Below, piece by piece: positions 8,291 through 15,687 of a DNA stretch of 32,000 bases. Both the position numbers and the translations under genes were made by a program. The notes beneath the pieces were generated by a model that was given only the letters and a program-made list of their open reading frames with translations, was not told where the DNA came from and ran no database searches. Source of the DNA: an uncultured archaeon (GTDB lineage Archaea > Iainarchaeota > Iainarchaeia > Iainarchaeales > JAAZKV01); the NCBI GenBank assembly GCA_964551375.1, contig CAZKBG010000001.1, forward strand, positions 540,001 to 572,000, read 5' to 3'. Every line of letters starts with the position of its first letter. The first letter of the stretch is position 1.

Positions 8291-8420
8291 GGGTTTATAT
8301 GAATTACTATTCATTTAATCCCTGTAAAAAGAGCAAAAATCACGGTTTCATGAACTCGTATATATGGTTTCAGGACCAATATGTGTGGAAAACTCCAAGA
8401 AAAAAGCGATAGTGCTTTTT
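8291..8420. promoter_or_regulatory. Divergent promoter/operator region between the regulator and copZ
   Basis: The minus strand reads CATATAAAC (8294-8302), about 27 nt before ATG 8271. The plus strand has TATATAT (8359-8365). Inverted repeat ATGAAT-TACT-ATTCAT at 8299-8314; palindrome TTCATGAA at 8347-8354. GGTTT recurs at 8292, 8344 and 8366. Hairpin AAAAAGC-gatagt-GCTTTTT at 8401-8420. Confidence 0.4.
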
Positions 8421-8479
8421 GGTGCCAAGAAACCCCTAATGTTTCCCACGCACCAAAAACACTAAAAAAAGGTGAAAAT

Positions 8480-8704
8480 ATGAATGCGGAATTCAAAATA
8501 GGCGGAATACACTGCAAAAGCTGTATTGCCCTAATAAAAATGAATATTGAAGAAATAAAAGGAATAAGCGAAATCAGCGGAAATAATGACAAAGGCACAC
8601 TGAAAGTAAAATACGACGAAAAGACTGCAAAACTCACAGATATAATAAAGGCAATAGAACAGGATGGATACAAAGTAGAATCATACAAGGAAAGCAAAAA
8701 TTAA
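8480..8704 (+). CDS. copZ: HMA-domain copper chaperone (CopZ-like)
   Basis: MNAEFKIGGIHCKSC carries the CxxC metal site in a ferredoxin-like HMA fold of 74 aa. SD GGTGA (8471-8475) lies 4 nt before ATG 8480. The ORF is open in frame from ATG 8381, but that extension has no SD. Confidence 0.8.
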   Translation: MNAEFKIGGIHCKSCIALIKMNIEEIKGISEISGNNDKGTLKVKYDEKTAKLTDIIKAIEQDGYKVESYKESKN

Positions 8705-8712
8705 GCGGGGCG

Positions 8713-10245
8713 ATGAAAATGACTGAACACAACAAGAAACTTACGCATGCAACAATCAAAATAAACAATATGGTTTGCACAAGCTGCGAAACAATCATTG
8801 AAAAAAGCGTGAAGAAGAAAAACGGGATTGAAAGAATAAATGTTGATTACAATAATGGGGAAGCAAAAGTTACTTATGATTCTTCAAAAGCGACTCTTAA
8901 GGAAATTTATGACGCAGTAAGAGAAGCAGGATATGAAGTTGTTGAAGGCGATGAAAAAAGAAGAATCAGCCCTACACACATTGCCCTTGGAATATTTGTG
9001 GCAATAATGCTTGTATTTGGATACTTAGCAGTATCAAGCACGCTTGAAGGAATGAACATATCAATACCCCAAATAGATGCAGGCACAAGCGCAATAATAA
9101 TTTTCTTTGTAGGACTTTTAACAGGATTTCACTGCATAGGAATGTGCGGAGGATTTGTATTAGGATACACCGCAGAAGCAAGAAAAGCGAACCCAAAATC
9201 GCTTAACCTTGGAGCGCACGCCCAATATTCAATTGGAAAAATAATCTCCTATTCAATAATAGGAGGAATATTTGGACTTGTTGGAAGCATATTTGTATTC
9301 AGCCCAACACTAAGAGCCATGATCGCAATAATTGCGGGAATATTTTTAATATTTTACGCACTAAAAATGCTTAATGTTCACCCATCCTTAAGAAAACTAA
9401 GCCTTCCAAGAGGACTCTTTGACAGGCTAAGAATCGGACCGCTAAAGAAAAGCTCAAACCCGCTTGCAATCGGACTTGCTAACGGATTATTTATCGCATG
9501 CGGACCATTACAAGCCATGTACATCCTTGCCATGGCAACTGGCTCATTCACGGGAGGAGCAATAATATTATTTGCGTTTGCAATCGGAACACTAATCCCA
9601 ATGATGGGTTTTGGAATCTTCGCCTCATTCATAAGCAGAGGAATGCAAAACAGCATAGTAAGGATTTCGGCAATAATAGTTCTTGTAATGGGAATACTAA
9701 TGATAAACAACGGATTAGTTCTGACAGGAAATAATGTAACTTCCATATTTGCCACCCCAAACTTAAACGCTTCAAATACACAAGGCAACAACACTAATCT
9801 TGCAATTTCAAATAACCCAGCCGATTCAGGAACTCAAACAAGCAACGGACCAGGATATCAAGTGATAAACATGGATGTAGTAGGCACAGGATACTCGCCA
9901 AACAGCTTTGTGCTCAAAACAGGAGTTCCTGTTAAATGGGTAATTAATGGAAAAGAAGTCACAGGATGCAACGGAGGAATAATAGTTCCAGCATACAACC
10001 TTGATTTTAAGATAAAAAAAGGAATACAAACAATCGAATTCACCCCTACAAAAGCAGGAACAATAAACTGGAGCTGCTGGATGGGAATGATACCAGGACA
10101 ATTTATTGTAAGAGATGATGTGAGCATTGACAAAGACGGAAAAGTTGTTCTAAGCCCAGCTATTGAAAAAGAAGCGGTTGCTAGCGCAGCCGCTGCACCA
10201 AAAGCAAGCGGACACTCATGCGGATGCGGGATGAAAAGCGCATAA
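8713..10245 (+). CDS. Fusion protein: HMA domain, DsbD_2/TauE(UreH)-like polytopic permease, Asn/Thr-rich linker, cupredoxin-like domain and a Cys-rich tail
   Basis: N-terminal INNMVCTSCETIIEKSV (HMA). Membrane core carries LLTGFHCIGMCGGFVLGY and about 6-7 hydrophobic segments. The C-terminal YQVINMDVVGTGYSPNSFVLKTGVPVKWVINGKEVTGCNGG...INWSCWMGMIPGQFIV is Cupredoxin_1-like. The protein ends GHSCGCGMKSA. Confidence 0.7.
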   Translation: MKMTEHNKKLTHATIKINNMVCTSCETIIEKSVKKKNGIERINVDYNNGEAKVTYDSSKATLKEIYDAVREAGYEVVEGDEKRRISPTHIALGIFVAIMLVFGYLAVSSTLEGMNISIPQIDAGTSAIIIFFVGLLTGFHCIGMCGGFVLGYTAEARKANPKSLNLGAHAQYSIGKIISYSIIGGIFGLVGSIFVFSPTLRAMIAIIAGIFLIFYALKMLNVHPSLRKLSLPRGLFDRLRIGPLKKSSNPLAIGLANGLFIACGPLQAMYILAMATGSFTGGAIILFAFAIGTLIPMMGFGIFASFISRGMQNSIVRISAIIVLVMGILMINNGLVLTGNNVTSIFATPNLNASNTQGNNTNLAISNNPADSGTQTSNGPGYQVINMDVVGTGYSPNSFVLKTGVPVKWVINGKEVTGCNGGIIVPAYNLDFKIKKGIQTIEFTPTKAGTINWSCWMGMIPGQFIVRDDVSIDKDGKVVLSPAIEKEAVASAAAAPKASGHSCGCGMKSA

Positions 10246-10294
10246 ATATAACAACAATTAATTAAATAATTAATGCGAGACGAAGGAATGCCTT

Positions 10295-12493
10295 ATGAAA
10301 AAAATCACACTACAAGTAGGCGGAATGCACTGCGCAAGCTGTGCTGTGATAATCAATAAAACCCTGTCAAATAAAGAGGGCGTGAAAGAAGCTAATGTTA
10401 ATTACTCTAATTCAAAAGCAACAATAGAATTTGATGAAACCAAGCTAAAGGATACAGAGTTAATTAATGCGATAAAAGGAGCAGGTTATGACGCAACACT
10501 CCTTGCAAAAAGAATTGACGCAGAAAAACAAAATACGCTTCAAACTAAAGAAATCAAACACATTAGAAATACTTTTTTACTCAGCTTAACATTCGCACTC
10601 CCCGCATTCATAATAGGAATGGTATTAATGCAAATAGGAATTGAACTCCCACACATGGGGCTGATTCTTTTTGTTCTAGCAACCCCAGTTCAATTCATTG
10701 TAGGAAAACAATTTTATTTAGGAGCATGGGCGGCTCTGAAAAATAAAACAGCAAGCATGGACACATTAATTGCGGTAGGCACAAGCGCAGCATATTTGCT
10801 TAGTTTGTATAATATTTTATTCAACCCGACTGCGGGGCAATACTTTGAAACAAGCGCAATACTAATTACACTTGTAATTCTAGGAAAATGGCTTGAAGCA
10901 ATAGCAAAAAGCAAAACAAGCGAAGCAATAAAAAAACTAATGAATTTAACTCCAAAAACAGCAAATGTAATTCGAAACCGCAAAGAAATTACAATACCTG
11001 TTGATGACATCAAACTCGGGGATTTAATTATTGTAAAACCCGGCGAAAGAATCGCAGTTGACGGCGAAATAACAAGCGGACACTCAGCAATTGATGAAAG
11101 CATGATAACAGGAGAAAGCATTCCTGTGGAAAAGAAAACAGGAGACAGCGTAATAGGGGGAACAATAAATAAACACGGAACAATTACATTCAAAGCAACA
11201 AAAATCGGCGAAAACACCACACTTGCGCACATAATAAAACTAATTGAAGACGCTCAAGGCAAAAAAGCGCCAATACAAAGATACGCTGATACGATAAGCG
11301 GATACTTTGTTCCAGCAGTTATTGCAATTGCAATATGCACATTTATTGTTTGGTACTTTATTTTCAATATGGGATTTTCATTCAGCATCTTAACAAGCGT
11401 AGCAGTGCTTGTAATTGCATGCCCTTGCGCATTAGGACTAGCCACCCCAACTTCAATAATGGTTGGAACTGGGCTAGGCGCAAAATACGGGATATTAATT
11501 AAAGGAGGAGATGCTCTTGAAACTGCCCACAAATTAAAATATGTTATTTTTGACAAAACAGGAACTATTACAAAAGGAGTTCCTGAAGTAACCGAAATAA
11601 TACCTTTAGGAAAAATCAGCGCTCAAAAAGTTCTTGAAATAGCAGCAAGCATGGAAAAAACAAGCGAACACCCTCTTGCTGATGCAATTGTGGAAAAGGC
11701 AAGGCAGGATAAAATTGAGCTTAGCAAAGTTCTGCACTTTAAAGCAATAGTCGGGCACGGAATTGAAGGAGAAATAAACAAAAAGAAATATTACCTGGGA
11801 AACACAAAACTTCTGCTTAAAATCGGAATTAAATCCGATGAAATAAAAGAAAAAATGGCAAAACTTGAAAGCGAAGGAAAAACAGTAATGATACTGGCTG
11901 ATTCAAAGCAAGCGCTTGGATTAATCGCAGCAGCCGACGCAATAAAAGAAACTTCAAAAGAGGCTGTTTCTTCGCTTGAAAAACTTGGAATAGAAGTTTA
12001 TATGATTACTGGAGACAACGAAAGAACAGCAAGAGCAATCGCAACACAAGCGGGAATAAAAAATATATTTGCTGAAGTTCTTCCTGCAGACAAGGCAAAT
12101 TATGTGAAAAAACTTCAGGAAAACGGAAAATACAAAGTAGCAATGGTGGGGGACGGGATAAATGACTCTCCAGCGCTTGCCCAAGCGGATATTGGAATAG
12201 CAATGGGAAGCGGAACTGATGTAGCAATGGAAACAGGAAATATAGTACTAATGCAGAATAACCTAAAAGATGTGTCAAAAGCAATCAAACTCTCAAGAAT
12301 TACAATAGGAAAAATAAAACAAAACATGTTCTGGGCATTGTTCTACAACGTGGTTGGAATACCAATCGCAGCAGGAGTGCTGTACTTTTCATTAGGAATA
12401 CTCCTATCCCCAATAATCGCAGGCGGAGCAATGGCGCTAAGCTCAGTATCCGTTGTAACCAATTCTCTTTTAATGAAAAGAAGAAAATTGTAA
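10295..12493 (+). CDS. copA: Copper-translocating P1B-type ATPase
   Basis: One HMA domain (GGMHCASC), the TGES actuator motif, transmembrane ACPCALGLATP (CPC), phosphorylation site DKTGTIT and hinge VGDGINDSPALAQADIGIAMG. Confidence 0.95.
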   Translation: MKKITLQVGGMHCASCAVIINKTLSNKEGVKEANVNYSNSKATIEFDETKLKDTELINAIKGAGYDATLLAKRIDAEKQNTLQTKEIKHIRNTFLLSLTFALPAFIIGMVLMQIGIELPHMGLILFVLATPVQFIVGKQFYLGAWAALKNKTASMDTLIAVGTSAAYLLSLYNILFNPTAGQYFETSAILITLVILGKWLEAIAKSKTSEAIKKLMNLTPKTANVIRNRKEITIPVDDIKLGDLIIVKPGERIAVDGEITSGHSAIDESMITGESIPVEKKTGDSVIGGTINKHGTITFKATKIGENTTLAHIIKLIEDAQGKKAPIQRYADTISGYFVPAVIAIAICTFIVWYFIFNMGFSFSILTSVAVLVIACPCALGLATPTSIMVGTGLGAKYGILIKGGDALETAHKLKYVIFDKTGTITKGVPEVTEIIPLGKISAQKVLEIAASMEKTSEHPLADAIVEKARQDKIELSKVLHFKAIVGHGIEGEINKKKYYLGNTKLLLKIGIKSDEIKEKMAKLESEGKTVMILADSKQALGLIAAADAIKETSKEAVSSLEKLGIEVYMITGDNERTARAIATQAGIKNIFAEVLPADKANYVKKLQENGKYKVAMVGDGINDSPALAQADIGIAMGSGTDVAMETGNIVLMQNNLKDVSKAIKLSRITIGKIKQNMFWALFYNVVGIPIAAGVLYFSLGILLSPIIAGGAMALSSVSVVTNSLLMKRRKL

Positions 12494-12566
12494 GCAAATC
12501 TCTTAAGCGCAACCGCACCCAGATAATTTATTAACCAAAAAAACATACTACTATCGGTGCAACAGT

Positions 12567-13595
12567 TTGGAAAAAAAAGGATTTAACAACAACAAATACT
12601 TCAAAGCCCAATTAAAAGCAATAAAAAAAAGGGCTGGAAAATTTGACAGAGTATACCTTGAGATAGGCGGAAGATTGACTTACGACGGACATGCCTCAAG
12701 AGTAATGCCCGGATATAATCCAAAAAATAAAGTTGAACTTTTAAAAATACTGAAAAATGATGTTGAAGTGCTTTACTGCATAAGCTCTCACGAACTACAA
12801 AAAGGAACTAAATGGAGCAATACAGGAATGACACTAAATAAACTTGCGCTAAAAGAAATAGCAGAACTTGAGAGCTACGGGATAAAAGTGCATGGGGTAG
12901 TAGCAACACGCTTCAAAGGCGAAAAGAAAGTCCTTGAGTTCAAAAAAGAACTTGAAGAAACAGGAAAAGATTTATACACAACTTACAACATTGAAGGGTA
13001 TCCTTACGAAATGCACCACATCTTTGGAAAACATGGATTTAATGCTCAGCCGTACATTCCAACGACTCGAAAAATAATTGTAGTAACAGGCGCAGGAGCA
13101 AATTCAGGCAAAATGTTTGTATGTCTCTCTCAAATCTTCCACGAAGACAAAAGAGGACTTGACAGCGGATTTGCAAAGTGGGAAACATTCCCAATATGGA
13201 ACCTTCCGCTAAATCATGAAGTCAACATTGCCTACGAAGCAGCAACTGCTGATATTAAAGATGTAATAATGATTGATCCATTTCACAAAAAGAAATACGG
13301 AATTGATGCTGTGAACTACAACAGGGATGTTGAGAACTTTTATATTTTGAAAAAAATCATCACAAAAATTGCAAAACCGCACAACTTCATGCACAAATAC
13401 AACTCCCCCACAGATATGGGAATGAATATGGCAAAAAAAGGGATAGTAAATGACGCTGTTTGCAGAGCTGCTGGAAGAGAAGAAATAATTCGAAGAAACG
13501 AATTCTACAAAAAAGAGCTGAAAGGGACTGCCAGAGAAGAAACACTAAAAAGAATGGAAGAAATATTCAAATCCGCCAAAATTGCGCTTAAATAA
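12567..13595 (+). CDS. DUF1846/UPF0371-family protein, short form (342 aa)
   Basis: YLEIGGRLTYDGHASRVMPGYNPKNKVELL, IVVTGAGANSGKMF, FAKWETFPIWNLPLNHEVNIAYEAATADIKDVIMIDPFH and SPTDMGMNM match the family as I recall it from Firmicutes UPF0371 proteins. A TTG start is required because the next in-frame ATG would delete conserved residues. GGTG lies 7 nt upstream. Confidence 0.6.
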   Translation: MEKKGFNNNKYFKAQLKAIKKRAGKFDRVYLEIGGRLTYDGHASRVMPGYNPKNKVELLKILKNDVEVLYCISSHELQKGTKWSNTGMTLNKLALKEIAELESYGIKVHGVVATRFKGEKKVLEFKKELEETGKDLYTTYNIEGYPYEMHHIFGKHGFNAQPYIPTTRKIIVVTGAGANSGKMFVCLSQIFHEDKRGLDSGFAKWETFPIWNLPLNHEVNIAYEAATADIKDVIMIDPFHKKKYGIDAVNYNRDVENFYILKKIITKIAKPHNFMHKYNSPTDMGMNMAKKGIVNDAVCRAAGREEIIRRNEFYKKELKGTAREETLKRMEEIFKSAKIALK

Positions 13596-13617
13596 TTCGA
13601 CTAAATTGATTAAAAAA

Positions 13618-13688
13618 AGCAGGGAAAGGGAGTTGAACCCTCCTAACTCCCTCTGCAGGGGAGTGCATAACCGCTTTGCTATCCCTGC
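13618..13688 (-). tRNA. tRNA-Cys (GCA)
   Basis: The reverse complement folds as a cloverleaf: acceptor GCAGGGA/TCCCTGC, anticodon stem CTCCC/GGGAG with loop CTGCAGA, T arm GAGGG-TTCAACT-CCCTT and discriminator U73 (a Cys identity element). CCA is not encoded. Confidence 0.9.
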
Positions 13689-13779
13689 CTGAATAGCAAA
13701 TAAATTACCTAACATTTCATTTAAAAAACTGCTTAATTGAATGAATTAAAAAACAAACCAGCCATAAAATAAGCTAAAT

Positions 13780-13934
13780 GCAGCTGTGGTGAAGTGGTAT
13801 CATGCAACCTTCCCAGAGCCTTGCTAAGGCTCGCGAAAGGGCTATCTTCGCGCTAACTGCGCTCGATAACCCAGATGCAATTAGACAAAGACTGGAAAGA
13901 GGTTGAGCTCCGGGTTCGATTCCCGGCGGCTGCA
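13780..13934 (+). tRNA. tRNA-Gly (CCC) interrupted by an 84-nt intron at the canonical 37/38 position
   Basis: Acceptor GCAGCTG/CGGCTGC, D arm GTGA-AGTGGTA-TCAT, anticodon stem CAACC (13805-09)/GGTTG (13901-05), T arm CCGGG-TTCGATT-CCCGG and discriminator A. The loop TTCCCA|A gives anticodon CCC. The mature length is 71 nt. Confidence 0.8.
13816..13899 (+). other. tRNA intron with a bulge-helix-bulge splice motif
   Basis: The central 4-bp helix is TTCC (13810-13) with GGAA (13894-97). It is flanked by 3-nt bulges CA|G (13814-16) and AG|A (13898-13900). Internal hairpins are GAGCCTT-GCT-AAGGCTC (13816-32) and GGGCTATC...GCGC-TAACT-GCGC...GATAACCC (13839-72). Confidence 0.7.
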
Positions 13935-13975
13935 TCATTATTAATTATTCAAGCAGTTAATCAATAGGTGATCTT

Positions 13976-14506
13976 TTGGAAGCAATTAAATGCATTATGA
14001 CAAGAAAAAGCATCAGAAAATATTCAAACAAAGAAGTTTCTGAAAGCGAATTAAAAATAATACTTGAGTGCGCAATGCAAGCTCCATCAGCTGTAAACGA
14101 ACAGCCATGGGAATTCATCGTAGTAAGAGAAAAATCCCTTCTTGAAAAACTATCTAAAGTGACACTTTATAGCGGAATGATTAAAACTTCTTCAGTGGCA
14201 ATAGTTATCTGCATTAATGAAAAAAAAGAAAATGTGTGGGGAAAAACTTTTTATGGTAAAGGATTTTCAATACAAGACTGCTCAGCAGCCGCGCAAAATA
14301 TACTCCTCTCTGCGCACGCACAGGGATTAGGAGCAGTTTGGGTGGGAGCATACCCAAGCGAAAAAATAGTTTCAACAATTAGAGAAATATTTGACATCCC
14401 TAAACACATAACTCCGCTTTGCATAATTCCAATCGGCTATCCAAAGGAAAAATTAAAAGCTGAAAAAAGATACAAAGAAGAAAGGGTGCATAAAGAAAAA
14501 TGGTAA
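13976..14506 (+). CDS. Nitroreductase-family flavoprotein
   Basis: TRKSIRKYSNKEV and QAPSAVNEQPWEFIVV are typical nitroreductase N-terminal motifs. Size is 176 aa. TTG 13976 follows AGGTGAT (13966-72); ATG 13997 is an alternative start. Confidence 0.85.
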   Translation: MEAIKCIMTRKSIRKYSNKEVSESELKIILECAMQAPSAVNEQPWEFIVVREKSLLEKLSKVTLYSGMIKTSSVAIVICINEKKENVWGKTFYGKGFSIQDCSAAAQNILLSAHAQGLGAVWVGAYPSEKIVSTIREIFDIPKHITPLCIIPIGYPKEKLKAEKRYKEERVHKEKW

Positions 14507-14540
14507 AAATAATAATAAACAATATCAGAAGGACTGGTAA

Positions 14541-15359
14541 ATGATTATCGTAAGCGCATGCCTTGCAGGATACCACTGCACATACAAAGGAGGCAGCGCG
14601 CCCGCAAAGCATGTAATTGAACTTGTGAAGCAGGGGAAAGCGGTTCCTGTGTGCCCTGAACAACTCGCGGGCTTTGGAACACCAAGACTTGACGCTGAAA
14701 TAAAAGACGGGAGAGTATATGAACTTGGCGGAAGAGACATTACAGAAATGTTTGAAAAAGGCGCGCAAGAAGTTCTGCGAATAGCAAAACAATATGGCTG
14801 CAAAGAAGCGATATTAAAAGCCCGCTCCCCATCGTGCGGATGCGGGATTATACGCGACGGCACATTTCAAGGAGGATACATCAAAGGAGACGGGTGGACT
14901 GCAAAGAAATTGAAAGAAAACGGCATTAAAGTTTACGGCGATGAAGAAAATCCTTATATTAAAAAAGAAGCTCCATTCAAAGGAACAATAATTGAAGAAA
15001 GCCTTGAAAATCAAAAAGTTCTGAAAAAAGTTAAAATAATCAAGACAAAAGTTGAGCAGGTTGTTGAAAAACACAAAACCCCTTGGATAAAACAATGGAC
15101 GCTACACTCAGTTGAAATTGACTCAGATAAAGCCGAAAGAATTGCCACAAAAATAAGCGAATCGCTTGAAACAAAGCACAACTGGTACGCTGATTTTAAG
15201 AACAAAACACACCATTATATTATTTTTAGAAATAAAGTTTTCTTTATTGATAAAACAAGCAAAAAAGAATACGATGAAGCAAAAGAATACGGAATTGCGC
15301 TCGGAATTCCGCCATACCAAGTTGATTTCCACCCTGAAGTAAAGAACTGGAAAAGATGA
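14541..15359 (+). CDS. DUF523 (TudS-like thiouracil desulfidase family) domain fused to an uncharacterised C-terminal domain of about 125 aa
   Basis: The N-terminal roughly 145 aa carry MIIVSACLAGYHCTYKG, VPVCPEQLAGFGTPR and ARSPSCGCG, which are the three Cys positions of the DUF523 [4Fe-4S] site. The C-terminal region (TIIEESLEN...NWYADFKNKTHHYIIFRNKVFFID...) matches no family I recognise and is not DUF1722-like. Confidence 0.6.
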   Translation: MIIVSACLAGYHCTYKGGSAPAKHVIELVKQGKAVPVCPEQLAGFGTPRLDAEIKDGRVYELGGRDITEMFEKGAQEVLRIAKQYGCKEAILKARSPSCGCGIIRDGTFQGGYIKGDGWTAKKLKENGIKVYGDEENPYIKKEAPFKGTIIEESLENQKVLKKVKIIKTKVEQVVEKHKTPWIKQWTLHSVEIDSDKAERIATKISESLETKHNWYADFKNKTHHYIIFRNKVFFIDKTSKKEYDEAKEYGIALGIPPYQVDFHPEVKNWKR

Positions 15360-15399
15360 TGCAGCCAATCCTTTTATACAATAAAAAACATTACAAAAT

Positions 15400-15687
15400 A
15401 TGCAAAATTTCAAACTTGCAATAATTCTAATGATATTAATTGCATTAACTTCCCTGCTATTTGGATGCGCATCGACCCAGCAAGGAAGCGCTCAAAACGA
15501 CAATACAAACACTTCATTGTACTGCGGAAATGGATTCTGCCAAAAAGGATTTCCAGCAGGAGAAACAATTGAAAACTGCCCGGCTGACTGCTCAGAACAA
15601 CAGCAACAGGACCAAAACTACTGGAAAATAAAAGAAGATTTGCAAAAGCAAAAAGACGACGCTAATTCAACTCTTACAACAGAGTAG
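15400..15687 (+). CDS. Small secreted Cys-rich protein, probable lipoprotein
   Basis: The signal peptide carries a lipobox-like LLFGC. The mature part contains YCGNGFCQKGFPAGETIENCPADC followed by a Gln-rich, charged tail. The 3' end overlaps the convergent transporter gene by 14 nt. Confidence 0.55.
   Translation: MQNFKLAIILMILIALTSLLFGCASTQQGSAQNDNTNTSLYCGNGFCQKGFPAGETIENCPADCSEQQQQDQNYWKIKEDLQKQKDDANSTLTTE

Noticed and set aside
8381-8479. In-frame 33-codon upstream extension of copZ (MCGKLQEKSDSAFWCQETPNVSHAPK...)
   Set aside because: There is no SD before ATG 8381. It overlaps the predicted promoter and leader, including a terminator-like hairpin. A strong GGTGA SD sits directly before ATG 8480, which yields a standard 74-aa HMA protein. 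The extension is not fully excluded because it contains Cys and His residues.
10714-11232. 172-aa ORF antisense to copA (similar antisense ORFs lie at 9378-9794, 3778-4221, 8311-8697 and 14400-14863)
   Set aside because: All are nested in genes with strong motif support on the other strand. Their translations are low-complexity hydrophobic strings.
13816-13899. C/D-box guide RNA inside the tRNA-Gly intron
   Set aside because: Only degenerate matches are present (AGATGCA for the C box, CTGG for the D box). No C'/D' pair or terminal kink-turn arrangement is visible.
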